NCBI GenBank assembly: GCA_963764025.1
Contig: CAVXRK010000009.1
Span: 175,442 to 239,441 of the forward strand
DNA length: 64,000 nt
Source of the DNA: an uncultured Acidobacteriota bacterium
GTDB taxonomy: Bacteria > Acidobacteriota > Thermoanaerobaculia > UBA5066 > Gp7-AA6
Direction: 5' to 3'
The position numbers and the translations under genes are program-made. The notes under the pieces were generated by a model that did no database searches, had not been told where the DNA came from, and saw nothing but the letters and a program-made list of their open reading frames with translations. Positions 9,195 through 18,442 of the stretch are shown here, one piece after another (the first letter of the stretch is position 1; every line of letters begins with the position of its first letter).

Positions 9195-10166
9195 CTGGGC
9201 CGCGCGAGCCGGAAGGGGAAGTCGGACGGGCCGGCGCCCCGGTCCACGCGTTTTCTCGAGCGCGACCTCCCGACCTATCTCGACCACCTCTCCGTCGAGC
9301 GGGGTCTCTCGCCGGCGACTGTCGCCGCCTACCGCGGCGACCTGACGGCGCTGGGCGAATTCCTCGCGACGCGCCGGGTCGAGGCCGGGAAAGCGTCGCG
9401 CGCCGACCTCGGCCGTTACCTGGCGCATCTGCGGGCGCGCGACCTCTCGTCGCGGTCGACGTCGCGCGCGCTGTCCGCGATCCGCGGCTTCTTCGCCTTC
9501 GCCGCCGCCCACCTCGGCTTTCCGGAAGACCCGACGGCCGATCTCGCCAACCCGCGCATCGGGCGGGCGCTTCCGAAGAGCATCGGCGAAGGGGAGGTCG
9601 AGACGCTGCTCGCGGCGCCGGACGTGCGCGATTCCCTCGGATTGCGGGACCGGGCGATGCTCGAGCTCCTCTACGCCTCGGGGCTGCGCGTGTCGGAGAT
9701 CGTGAACCTGCCCCGCGAGGCGGTGGACCTCGAGGCCGGGATCCTGCGCGTGACGGGCAAGGGCGGCAAGGAGCGGCTCGTGCCCTTCGGCCGGTCGGCG
9801 GCGCGCTGGCTCGCGCGCTACCTCGAAGCGGCCCGGCCGCCCCTCGACCGCCGGCGCTCGGCGCACCTGTTTCTTTCCTCGCGGGGCGCCGCGATGACCC
9901 GCCAGCGCTTCTGGCAGTTGATCGAGGCCTATGGCCGCAAGGCCGGGATCCGCACGCGCCTGACGCCCCACGTCCTGCGGCACGCGTTCGCGACGCACCT
10001 TCTCGAGCACGGGGCCGACCTGCGCGCCCTCCAGATGATGCTGGGGCACGCCGACATCGCCACGACCCAGATCTACACGAGCGTCTCGCGGGGGCGGCTG
10101 CGCCGGGTCTACGACGAGTTCCACCCCCGGGCGAAGGGCCCCGGGCGTGCGAAAATGGGCCGGTGA
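9195..10166 (+). CDS. xerD: Site-specific tyrosine recombinase XerD (start codon uncertain)
   Basis: C-terminal two thirds of ORF 8298..10166. Motifs: LSVERGLSPATVAAYRGDL, MTRQRFWQ, HVLRHAFATHLLEHGADLRALQMMLGHADIATTQIYT. No ATG/GTG/TTG between the upstream stop (9180) and the conserved core. CTG at 9195 is only a placeholder. Confidence 0.85.
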   Translation: MGRASRKGKSDGPAPRSTRFLERDLPTYLDHLSVERGLSPATVAAYRGDLTALGEFLATRRVEAGKASRADLGRYLAHLRARDLSSRSTSRALSAIRGFFAFAAAHLGFPEDPTADLANPRIGRALPKSIGEGEVETLLAAPDVRDSLGLRDRAMLELLYASGLRVSEIVNLPREAVDLEAGILRVTGKGGKERLVPFGRSAARWLARYLEAARPPLDRRRSAHLFLSSRGAAMTRQRFWQLIEAYGRKAGIRTRLTPHVLRHAFATHLLEHGADLRALQMMLGHADIATTQIYTSVSRGRLRRVYDEFHPRAKGPGRAKMGR

Positions 10167-10222
10167 CGACCCCACGCAGAGGCGCGGAATGCCCCGGCCG
10201 GCCCGGACGTTGTGCATCGGGC

Positions 10223-10999
10223 ATGACCCCATCCCGCCGGCGTCTGGCCGCCCTGTGCCTCGGCGCCTCTCGTCGGGGCGGCCGCGTCCGCCCGGGCGGA
10301 GCTGATCGTCTTCGAGGACGGGCGGGTCGTGAAGGCCGCGGGGTATCGGCTGTACTCGGAGGAGCTCGAGATCACGCTCCCGGGCGGCGGGAGCTACCGT
10401 GTCGACCTCGCGCGGGTGGATCGCATCGTCGACGACGAGGTCGTCGTCGAGTCGATCGTGGTCGAGCCGAGCGCCATCGAGGCCATGGGGACCTTCGACC
10501 TGTCCTACCGGCCCGAGCGCAAGCCCCTCTTCTCGACGCCGTACGACGCGATCATCGAGCGCGAGGCGAAGGCCTTCGACATCGACGCGGCCCTCGTCTC
10601 GGCGCTCATCCGGGCGGAGTCCAACTACGAGCCGCGCGCCGTTTCGCGCAAGGGCGCGCGCGGCCTGATGCAGCTGATGCCGGCGACCGCCCGGAGACTG
10701 TCGGTCCGCAAGCCCTTCGACCCCGCCGCGAACGTGAAGGGCGGCGTCCGGTACCTGCGCGAGCTCGTCGACCGGTTCGGGCCGCGGCCGGACCTCGTGC
10801 TGGCGGCGTACAACGCGGGCGAGGGGGCCGTGGAAACCTACGGCGGCGTGCCTCCCTATCGGGAGACGGTCGCCTACGTCAACCGCATCCTCCGGTGGTG
10901 CCCGCCTGCGGAATCGACCGTCGCGCGCGCGGAGCTCCCGCGGCTGCCCCGCCCGAAACCGCGGACCCGAGGCTCGAGACGCGCGGCTCGCGCGACTGA
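10223..10999 (+). CDS. Lytic transglycosylase (SLT domain), frame-disrupted at both ends as given
   Basis: The SLT core (AESNYEPRAVSRKGARGLMQLMP, AAYNAGEGAV) lies in the frame of ORF 10329. The signal peptide MTPSRRRLAALCLGA is in the frame of ORF 10163. The core frame has no stop until 11681, but TGA at 10997 in the signal-peptide frame gives a 777-nt (in-frame) span. Confidence 0.7.
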   Translation: MTPSRRRLAALCLGASRRGGRVRPGGADRLRGRAGREGRGVSAVLGGARDHAPGRRELPCRPRAGGSHRRRRGRRRVDRGRAERHRGHGDLRPVLPARAQAPLLDAVRRDHRARGEGLRHRRGPRLGAHPGGVQLRAARRFAQGRARPDAADAGDRPETVGPQALRPRREREGRRPVPARARRPVRAAAGPRAGGVQRGRGGRGNLRRRASLSGDGRLRQPHPPVVPACGIDRRARGAPAAAPPETADPRLETRGSRD

Positions 11000-11000
11000 T

Positions 11001-11342
11001 TCACTCGGCCGGGGCGATCGACTCGACGAAGATCGTGTCGCCTTCGACGCGCCCCTCGATCCGCACGCGCCGGGCGGCGTATTCCGCCGGCGAGTCCTGG
11101 TCGTCGAGCTGGTAGAACTTCGTCGAGGTCACGTCGACGAAGCCGTAAGGCGCGCCCTTCGCGACGCACTTCAGCGTGCACTCCCGGTCGTCCCGGCCCA
11201 TCCCGCCCTTCGCGATCATCGGCGCATGGTATGGGCCGCACTCCGCGTCGGTGATCCAGCCGACGAAGGTCTCCCCGCGCGCCGGCGAGGCGCCGACGAG
11301 GGCCAGAACGGCGGCGAGCAGGGTCTGGCGCAACATGTTCAT
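11001..11342 (-). CDS. Small secreted Cys-containing protein (113 aa)
   Basis: C-terminal part of ORF 11001..11789 from MNMLRQTLLAAVLALVGASPARG (signal peptide). The mature part has 3 Cys and a ..YQLDDQ...IEGRVEGDTIFVESI tail. Confidence 0.6.
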   Translation of the reverse strand: MNMLRQTLLAAVLALVGASPARGETFVGWITDAECGPYHAPMIAKGGMGRDDRECTLKCVAKGAPYGFVDVTSTKFYQLDDQDSPAEYAARRVRIEGRVEGDTIFVESIAPAE

Positions 11343-11385
11343 CCGTTCGATGCCGCGGATCGGCGCGCGATACGCGGCTCCGGAC

Positions 11386-13533
11386 TCACTCGTTCGGCCG
11401 GGCGGTCGCCCGCGGGACGGGGACGGGCTCGGCCCCCGCGCTCCTCGCCGCCACGATCGCCGCGCGCAACCGTTCGGAGAGGCGCTGGATCTGCAGGTCG
11501 GCGAATTCACTCCGGCCCTCGACGAGAGCCTCGCGGATCGCCGGCAGCGTCTCGGCCTCGTAGGAGGGCAGGGGAGCGTAGACGAGGTGGCGGAACCAGG
11601 GCCGGCCGGGAATCCCCGGCGGATCGAGGAGCGCCCGCTCGAGCGACAACAGCCAGGCGTTGGCGTCGCGGAGGAAAGTGAAGCCCAGCCGATCGCCCGC
11701 AACCCGCGCCGCGATCGTCTTCTGCGCGGCGCCGGAGCTCTCGCTCCAGCTCCGCGCGAGCGAGGCGAGGTCCGCGAGCCCGCGGGCATGGGGGCCGGCC
11801 GCTTCGAGCGTCTTCAGGTCCTCGGCGTAGCGGGCGATCTCGCGGCCGTAGGCGGAGGCGTCGAAGGGAAGGGCATCGGCGTTGGCGAACCGCAGCGCCA
11901 GCAGGCCCGCGTACTTCGCCATCGCCGCGTGGTAGACGAAGCCGGGATCGCCCTGGGTCGCCATCCACCGGTGGGTGTCGTAGACGGAGTGATAGACGCC
12001 GTACGGACCGTCGAAGACGAGGTCGGTCGAGGCGATACCGAGGTGGTTGAAGAAGACGGTGTAGTCGGAACCGCTTCCGAGGATCGCCACCGGCAGCTTC
12101 TCGGGCCCGTCCGGCGACTCCCGCCGCTGTGTCCAGGCGTCGGCGAGCGTCTTGCTTGGCGTCTCGGGATCGGGAAAGTCGCGCGCGGCCTCCCGGAGAG
12201 CCGTGAACAGCAGGGGCGAGGCCGAGGCCGCGAAGCGCTTCCCCAGCGCCGAGGCGTCGACGTTGATGCAGACGACCGCGTTCTGCCTGAGGTCGCGCTC
12301 GTACTGCTCGCCCCACTCGGTCGAACCCGTGAGGGTGTACTCCTCGGCGTCCCACTCCCCGATCACGATCGTCCGGCGCGGGCGCAAGCCCTCGGCGGCG
12401 AGCTTGCCGAGCGCCCGCCCGAGGGCGAGCATCGAGGACGTTCCCGACGAGGGATCGACGCCGCCGTAGACCCAGGCGTCGTAGTGATTCGAGAGCAGGA
12501 CCTTGCGCTGCGGCTCGTCGACGCCCTTGAGGGTCGCGATGACGTTTCGGATGGTCCGCTTCTCGCGGGTGTTCTCGATCTTCAAGGAGAGGCGCACCGG
12601 GCCGGGGCCCACCCGGTACGTCCGGGTCACGGCGAGACCCTGCCAGGCCGAGCCCGGCACGGCCGGGCCGCGAAGCCGCGAAAGGATTTCGGCCGCGTCG
12701 CGGGGGGACAGGGGCATCATCGGGATCTTCGGCAGAATCTCGGATTCGGCCGCCGGAATGCGGCGCGCCTCGGCCGTCGAGGCCCAGCCGGGCGTCAGCG
12801 GATCGCCGGGCACGATGAAGTCATAAACGTCGGAGCCCCGCTGGATGTGCGAGGCCGGCCCCCACGGGCCGTCGGGATAGACCGGGCCCTGGAACCAACC
12901 GTCGTCGATCGGGTCCGAATAGACGAGGATCGCGAGTGCGCCACGCTTCTCGGCTTCGAGCGACTTGCCGCCGCGGTAGCCGCCGAAATAGCGGGCGAGC
13001 GCGATCTTGCCGCGGACGTCGATGCCCATCTTCGCCAGTCGGTCGTAGTCCTCGGCGCTTCCATGGTTGACGTAGACGACCTCGCCGACGACCTCCGCCG
13101 ATGGCGAGTAGGCGTTCCACGGGAGCGCCGCCTCGGGCACGTCCGTGTCGGGATCCACGGCGATCGGCAGCTCGCCCCGGGCGAGGGCCACGTCCGGCTC
13201 GCCGACGATTTCGAGCTGCGCGCTTTTCGGGTAGGAGAGCAGGACTTCGTAGGTCGGAATCTCGACCGACCAGCCGGCCTTGCGGTACTCGGCCGCGAGG
13301 TACTCGGCGACGCGCGCGTTGCCGTCGGTCCCGGCGACATGCGGCGTCCGAGTCACTTCGCGGTGGATCTCCTCGCAGTCCTGCGGCCGCGCGATCTCGA
13401 GGAGGCGCCGTTCGTATTCGCGCTGCCAGGCGGATCGCTTCGGCGTGAATCCGGTCAGCGACGGCGACGGCGCGGGCCCGGCCGACAGCGCCAGGACGGC
13501 CGCGAGGGGAAGAAGCGCCCGGGCCCGCTTCAC
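11386..13533 (-). CDS. M28 family peptidase, glutamate carboxypeptidase II (PSMA/NAALADase)-like
   Basis: Real part of ORF 11386..14352 from GTG at 13533 (in frame; GTGA overlap with the permease stop). Signal peptide, PA domain, M28 Zn ligands (HYDAW, GEWDAEE, GSGSDYTVF, YHSVYD) and a TfR-like dimerisation tail. Confidence 0.9.
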   Translation of the reverse strand: MKRARALLPLAAVLALSAGPAPSPSLTGFTPKRSAWQREYERRLLEIARPQDCEEIHREVTRTPHVAGTDGNARVAEYLAAEYRKAGWSVEIPTYEVLLSYPKSAQLEIVGEPDVALARGELPIAVDPDTDVPEAALPWNAYSPSAEVVGEVVYVNHGSAEDYDRLAKMGIDVRGKIALARYFGGYRGGKSLEAEKRGALAILVYSDPIDDGWFQGPVYPDGPWGPASHIQRGSDVYDFIVPGDPLTPGWASTAEARRIPAAESEILPKIPMMPLSPRDAAEILSRLRGPAVPGSAWQGLAVTRTYRVGPGPVRLSLKIENTREKRTIRNVIATLKGVDEPQRKVLLSNHYDAWVYGGVDPSSGTSSMLALGRALGKLAAEGLRPRRTIVIGEWDAEEYTLTGSTEWGEQYERDLRQNAVVCINVDASALGKRFAASASPLLFTALREAARDFPDPETPSKTLADAWTQRRESPDGPEKLPVAILGSGSDYTVFFNHLGIASTDLVFDGPYGVYHSVYDTHRWMATQGDPGFVYHAAMAKYAGLLALRFANADALPFDASAYGREIARYAEDLKTLEAAGPHARGLADLASLARSWSESSGAAQKTIAARVAGDRLGFTFLRDANAWLLSLERALLDPPGIPGRPWFRHLVYAPLPSYEAETLPAIREALVEGRSEFADLQIQRLSERLRAAIVAARSAGAEPVPVPRATARPNE

Positions 13534-14903
13534 GCCGTCCTCCGGGCGCCGCGGCGCATCCGGTAGTAAACGGGCAGGCCGATGAGCAGAATCCCGATGC
13601 CCGCGAGTGTCTCCCGGGGCTGGGTGCGCACGGTATTGACCGCGAGCGCCGCGGTGCTCGCGACGAAGACGAGGGGAACGACCGGATAGCCCCAGCAGCG
13701 GTAGGGACGGGGAAGGTCCGGTCGTTTCCGACGCAGCACGAAGAGCGCGATTCCGGTGGCCGCGTAGGCGAGGATCACGAAGAAGGTGGCGTAGGTGTAG
13801 AGCTGGTCGTACCGGCCCGAGAGGCACAGCAGGGACATCCACACGGCCTGGACGACGATCCCGAAGGACGGAGTCTTGAAGCGCGGATGGACGCGCGCGA
13901 AGGGCTTCGGAAAGAGGCCATCCTCGGCGAGAGCGTAAACGATGCGCGGCGCCGGAACGAGGCCGGCCGAGGTGCATCCGGCGGCCGCGGCCGTCACGGC
14001 GAGGGCGATGACGAAGGCGGCCCCGCCCCCGAAGAGGCGGGTCGCGGCGACGGCCGCGGGCTCCCCGAGGTTCGCCATCTCGGCCGGCGGGATCGCCTTG
14101 AGGAAGACGGCGTTGGCGGCGACGTAGAGAAGGGTCACGAGGCCCGTCCCGAGGATGAGGGCGAGGGGAAGGTTCCGCCGCGGGTTGGCGACTTCGCCGG
14201 CGACCGCCACGATCTCGTTCCAGCCGTAATAGGTCCAGAAGATCGCGACGAGAGCGGTGCCGAAACCCGCGAGGGTCAGCGCCGCCGCCGGTCCCGGGGT
14301 CCCCGCGGCCGCCTCCGGGCGGGGCGCGAACGCGCCGCCGACCGCGATCCACAGCAGGGCGAGGAGGATCATCGAGGTGAAGACGCCCTGGATGCGGGCG
14401 CCCTCCTTGACCCCGACGTAGTGCGTCGCCGAGAGAACCAGTGTCAGCGCGATCGCGACGAGCTGGGCCGCGTTGATCGGGACCGGCCCGAGCGTGAAGA
14501 GCACGTTCGTGTTCGAAAGCGACGGGAAGAAGACCGAGAGGTACTGGGCGAACCCGATGGCCACGGCCGCATCGGACCCGATGATGATCACCCAGAAGGC
14601 GACCCAGGCGTAGAGGAACGCCGGGAGCTCGCCGAAGGCGTCCCGGAAGAAGACGTACATTCCCCCGGCGTGCGGCATCATGGCGCCCATCTCCGCGTAG
14701 ACGAGGCCGCCGGCGATGGCGAGCAGGCCGCCCGCGATCCAGAGGCCCAGGATCCAGTGCCCGTCGGGAACGGCCTTCGCGATTCCGCTCGGCGTCAGGA
14801 AAATCCCGCCGCCGACCACGAGTCCGAGGACGAGCAGGCTCGTGTCCCAGAGTCCGAGGCCGCGGGCGAGCTTTCCGCGGCCCTCGCCGTTCGCGTCGCT
14901 CAC
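13530..14903 (-). CDS. APC-superfamily amino-acid permease
   Basis: 457 aa from GTG at 14903, about 12 TM segments. GGGIF, FWTYYGWN and similar motifs. GTGA overlap with the kce stop. Confidence 0.9.
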   Translation of the reverse strand: MSDANGEGRGKLARGLGLWDTSLLVLGLVVGGGIFLTPSGIAKAVPDGHWILGLWIAGGLLAIAGGLVYAEMGAMMPHAGGMYVFFRDAFGELPAFLYAWVAFWVIIIGSDAAVAIGFAQYLSVFFPSLSNTNVLFTLGPVPINAAQLVAIALTLVLSATHYVGVKEGARIQGVFTSMILLALLWIAVGGAFAPRPEAAAGTPGPAAALTLAGFGTALVAIFWTYYGWNEIVAVAGEVANPRRNLPLALILGTGLVTLLYVAANAVFLKAIPPAEMANLGEPAAVAATRLFGGGAAFVIALAVTAAAAGCTSAGLVPAPRIVYALAEDGLFPKPFARVHPRFKTPSFGIVVQAVWMSLLCLSGRYDQLYTYATFFVILAYAATGIALFVLRRKRPDLPRPYRCWGYPVVPLVFVASTAALAVNTVRTQPRETLAGIGILLIGLPVYYRMRRGARRTA

Positions 14904-15721
14904 GCGGCCGGGATGCGCAGGATCCGCCGCGCCTCCTCGATCGAGGCGGGCTCCCGGCCCACCTCCCGCGCGATCCGGACGATCCGCTCGACGAACCGGG
15001 CGTTGGAGTCGGCGAGCTCGCCCTTGCGGTAATAGATGTTGTCCTCGAACCCGACGCGCACGTGGCCTCCCATCGCGATCGCCATCGTGGCCATCGCGGT
15101 CTGCCGCCGCCCGATCCCCGCGACGGTCCAGGTGCAGTCCGCCGGAATCGAGCGGGCGAAGTGCGTCAGGTTCTCGGCGCTGGCGGCGGCGGCGCCGGGC
15201 ACGCCGAGGACGAAGTCGAAGTGGGCGGGCGCCTCGAGAAGCCCCTTGGCGAAGAGGACGTCGGCCGTCGCGAGCATCCCCGCGTCGAAGATCTCGAGCT
15301 CGGGCGTGATGCCGAACTTCCGGATGCGGGCGAGGATCGTGCGGATCGTCGGCAGCGAGTTTTCGAAGATGTCCTCGCCGAAGTTGCAGGTCCCGAGCGT
15401 CAGCGTCGCCATCTCGGGCTTGAGCTCGAGCGCCGCGATGCGCTCCTCGACCCCCATGCCGACGGCGCCGCCGGTCGAGAACTGCTGGAGGATCGGGCAG
15501 CGGGCGCGGATTGCGGCCGAGTAAGCACGGAAGGTGTCGACGTCCTGGGTCGGCGTCCCGTCGGGGCGGCGGCCGTGGACGTGGCCGATCGTCGCGCCCG
15601 CGGCGTGGGCCCGGGCGTACTCGGCGCCGACCTCGTCGGGCAGGAGCGGGAGGTGCGGCTGCTGTTCCCGCATGACCTCGGCGCCCACGCCCGCGACCGT
15701 GATCAGGAGCGCGTCGCTCAC
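14900..15721 (-). CDS. kce: 3-keto-5-aminohexanoate cleavage enzyme (BKACE/DUF849 family)
   Basis: 273 aa from GTG at 15721. [39 protein letters not shown] are typical of the BKACE family. Confidence 0.85.
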   Translation of the reverse strand: MSDALLITVAGVGAEVMREQQPHLPLLPDEVGAEYARAHAAGATIGHVHGRRPDGTPTQDVDTFRAYSAAIRARCPILQQFSTGGAVGMGVEERIAALELKPEMATLTLGTCNFGEDIFENSLPTIRTILARIRKFGITPELEIFDAGMLATADVLFAKGLLEAPAHFDFVLGVPGAAAASAENLTHFARSIPADCTWTVAGIGRRQTAMATMAIAMGGHVRVGFEDNIYYRKGELADSNARFVERIVRIAREVGREPASIEEARRILRIPAA

Positions 15722-16101
15722 CGCGGGCCACGCTGCTTTTCGAGCGGAACGACGCACGTTCCGGTGGCGCGCGCGACGACCTGGGGCGGGTCGAGGACGC
15801 GCGCGGCCGATCCCGGAGCGGGCTCGATGACCTTGCGCGCTTCGAAGCGCATCTGGCGGGACGTCCGGCCCACGGCCGTGATCTCGGCTTCGACCTCGAG
15901 GTAGTCGCCGCCGCGGACGGGGGCGAGAAACTCGACCGACGCGTAGGCCCGGAAGAGGCCCTCGTCGCCGTCGTGCCGCACGAGGAGCTCCGTCGCCGCG
16001 TCCCCGAAGAGCTTCAGGACGAAGGCGCCGTCGACGAGCCCGCCGCCGTAGTGCGCCTGCTCGGCCCCGACGCGGAGACGCAGAAGGACCTTGTCGCTCA
16101 C
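15718..16101 (-). CDS. kal: 3-aminobutyryl-CoA ammonia-lyase (hotdog fold)
   Basis: 127 aa from GTG at 16101, which is the last part of the 898-aa [42 protein letters not shown] matches my recollection of Kal proteins. GTGA overlap with the kamE stop. Confidence 0.75.
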   Translation of the reverse strand: MSDKVLLRLRVGAEQAHYGGGLVDGAFVLKLFGDAATELLVRHDGDEGLFRAYASVEFLAPVRGGDYLEVEAEITAVGRTSRQMRFEARKVIEPAPGSAARVLDPPQVVARATGTCVVPLEKQRGPR

Positions 16102-16857
16102 GCCCCCGCCCCCGCGGGTGCCTGCCGCCGGGAGATCTCCTCGAGGAGGAAGGCGGCGACGCGGGAGGCCGTCGTGCCCGGGCCGAATCCGGCGTCGTAG
16201 CCGAGCTCCTTGGCGAGCGCATGGTCGATCCGCGCCCCCCCGGCGACGAGGACGACCCGGTCGCGGAGCCGCTCGGCCTCGAGCATGTCGACGAGGTCGG
16301 TCATGTGGCGGACGTGGATGTCGTTCTGCGTCACGGTCGCCGAGACGAGGACGGCGTCCGCCTTCGTCTCCCGGATCTTCCGGGCGAGCGCGTCGACCGG
16401 GACCTGGGCCCCGAGATTGCGGGCGTCGAAGCCGTGGTAACGCTCGAGGCCGTAATCGCCGGCGAAGCCCTTCATGTTGAAGATGGCGTCGAGGCCCACC
16501 GTGTGGGCGTCCGACTCGAGAGCGCAGCCGAGCACGACGAGCCGGCGGCCGAAGCGGCGCGCGATCTCGGCGTCGATCTCCTCGCGGGAGAGCGTGGCCG
16601 CCGGGGCTTCCGTCGGCGGCGATCGAGGAGACGTCGATGTCCTGCGTCGAGCGCCCATAGACGACGAAGTAGGTGAAGTCGGGAGCGATCGCCTCGGCGA
16701 GCGTGACGTACGGTTCCCGCAGCCCCATCTGGGCGACGAAGCGCTTGGCCGCCTCGGTCGCGACGGCCGACCGGGGGATGGGGAGCGTGAAGGAGACCTG
16801 CACGGCGCCGTCGCCCTTCTTGTCGCCGTACGGCCGGACGAGCCGCGGCGCGCTCAC
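16098..16857 (-). CDS. kamE: Lysine 5,6-aminomutase beta subunit (B12-binding), +1 frame disruption near 16610-16625
   Basis: The N-terminal part ([28 protein letters not shown]) is in the kamD frame. The C-terminal part (ORF 16098..16658) carries SDAHTVG (DxHxxG), [13 protein letters not shown] and GYDAGFGPG. The 760-nt span is 253 codons plus 1 nt. Confidence 0.85.
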
Positions 16858-18414
16858 GCGCTGGGCTCCGGCCGGGGCCGGCGTCCAGGCCTCCATGAAG
16901 GGATTGGCGTACTCGGCGTCCTTCCGGAGCACGCCGTCGTATCCGCGGCCGCCGTCGCGGCGCCGCCGGGTGTCGGCGAAGACGCCCTCGGCGAGCGCGC
17001 CGAAGAGGCCCCGGCGGGCGACGTCGGAAAGGATCGCGTGCGCCCCGGCGAGGACCTCGCGGGCGCGGGCCACGATGCGGCCGGCGGGATCGAAGCGCAG
17101 CTCGTCGCGGAGATGCCGCGCGTTCGTCCGGATCGTCTTCATCTGGTCGATCGCGAGCCAACGGTCGTGGAGGAACGGCGTGTGGAGCGCTTCGGTCAGC
17201 ATCCCGAGCAGGTGAATCGACTGGCCCGTGGCGACCGAGGTCAGGGCGAAGAGGGTGTTCTGCTGGTAGCCCCGGAAGACGTTCCCGGTCATGTGCTTGG
17301 TCGGCGGCATGTACTTGAGGGGCGCGTCCGGGAAGATCTCCCGGGCGGCTTCGGCCTGCGCGATCTCGTAGAGCAGACCGTCCTCGAGCGTCGGATCGAT
17401 CTCGAAGGCGTGGCCGAGCCCGATCTGCCAGTCCTCGAGCCCGGCGTTGCGGGCCAGACGCTCGTTGATGAACTGGGACGCGAGCACGGCCGGGGCCTGT
17501 TCGACCGCGTCGGCCGTGGTCAGGTAGTTGTCCTCGCCCGTGTTGATCACGACCCCCGCGACCGCGTTGATGCGGCGCGAGAAGTTCTGGTCGATCAGGG
17601 TCCGCAGCGGATTGATGTCGCGAAAGATGATTCCGTAGAGGGCGTCGTTCAACATCATGTCCAGGCGCTCGAGGGCGCCCATGGCGGCGATTTCCGGCAT
17701 GCAGAGGCCCGAGCAGTAGTTGACGAGGCGGACGTAACGCCCGACCTCGGGCTCGAGGGCGTCGAGCGCCGCGCGCATGAGCCGGAAGTTCTCCTGCGTG
17801 GCGTAGGTGCCGCCGAAGCCGGAAGTCGTCGCCCCGTAGGGCACGTGGTCGAGCAGCGACTGCGCGGTCGAGCGGATGACGGCGATGCACTGCGCGCCGG
17901 CCCGCGCCGCGGCCTCGGCCTGGACCACGTCCTCATGGATGTTGCCGGTCGCGACGATGGCGTAGAGGAGGGGCAGCTCTTCCGGAGGGTGGCTCGCCTG
18001 GCGCCGCTCGCGCTCGGCGCGGTTGACGCGCACGCGCGCGAGCGTCGACTCGACGTGCGGAGCGACCGCCTCGCGCCACCGCGGGTGCTCCGCCTGGGCC
18101 GACGCCCGGCCCGGGTCCGAGAGCCGCGCCGCCGCTTCCGCGACGGTCGAGGCGCCCGAGGCGAGGGCGCTTCCCATCCACACGGCCGCGCCTCGGCCGA
18201 GCTTGCCGCTCGCCTGGAGGGACTCGACGACACGGTTGGGGACGGGAACCTCGTCGGCGTCGACGCCGTCGACTCCCAGCAGGCGCAGGACCGTCCGCTC
18301 GGTCGCCACGGTCGTGTAGGGCTCGGTCTCGAGGCGCACCCCGTCGGCGACTTGCCGGGCGAGACGCCGGCAGCTCTCGATCGTTTCCTGGGAGAGGCCG
18401 AGTTTCGAGGCCAT
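16854..18414 (-). CDS. kamD: Lysine 5,6-aminomutase alpha subunit (3' end inferred)
   Basis: N-terminal about 520 aa of ORF 15718..18414 ([44 protein letters not shown]). As given the frame does not close. The end is placed at the out-of-frame TGA of the GTGA at 16854-16857, which gives 520 codons plus 1 nt. Confidence 0.85.
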
Positions 18415-18442
18415 CGGCGGCGAAAGTATAGCCGCCCCGATT

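Noticed and set aside
9195-10166. Integrase as a marker of a mobile element or prophage
   Set aside because: The sequence is XerD-type (MTRQRFW, C-terminal HPRA). It is flanked by housekeeping genes, with no tRNA, direct repeats or phage/IS genes.
7900-10224. 774-aa ORF on the minus strand (the same applies to 5805..7952, 235..1896, 11176..13566, 57828..60245, 60056..61603 and 49947..52256)
   Set aside because: All are antisense to genes with strong family signatures and have a shadow-frame composition. None is counted as a gene.
15718-18414. Treating the 898-aa ORF as one multidomain KamD-KamE-Kal protein
   Set aside because: The middle about 190 residues (..[20 protein letters not shown]...) are nonsense, while the real KamE C-terminus is in the +1 frame. 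Kal has its own GTG with a GTGA overlap to the kamE stop.
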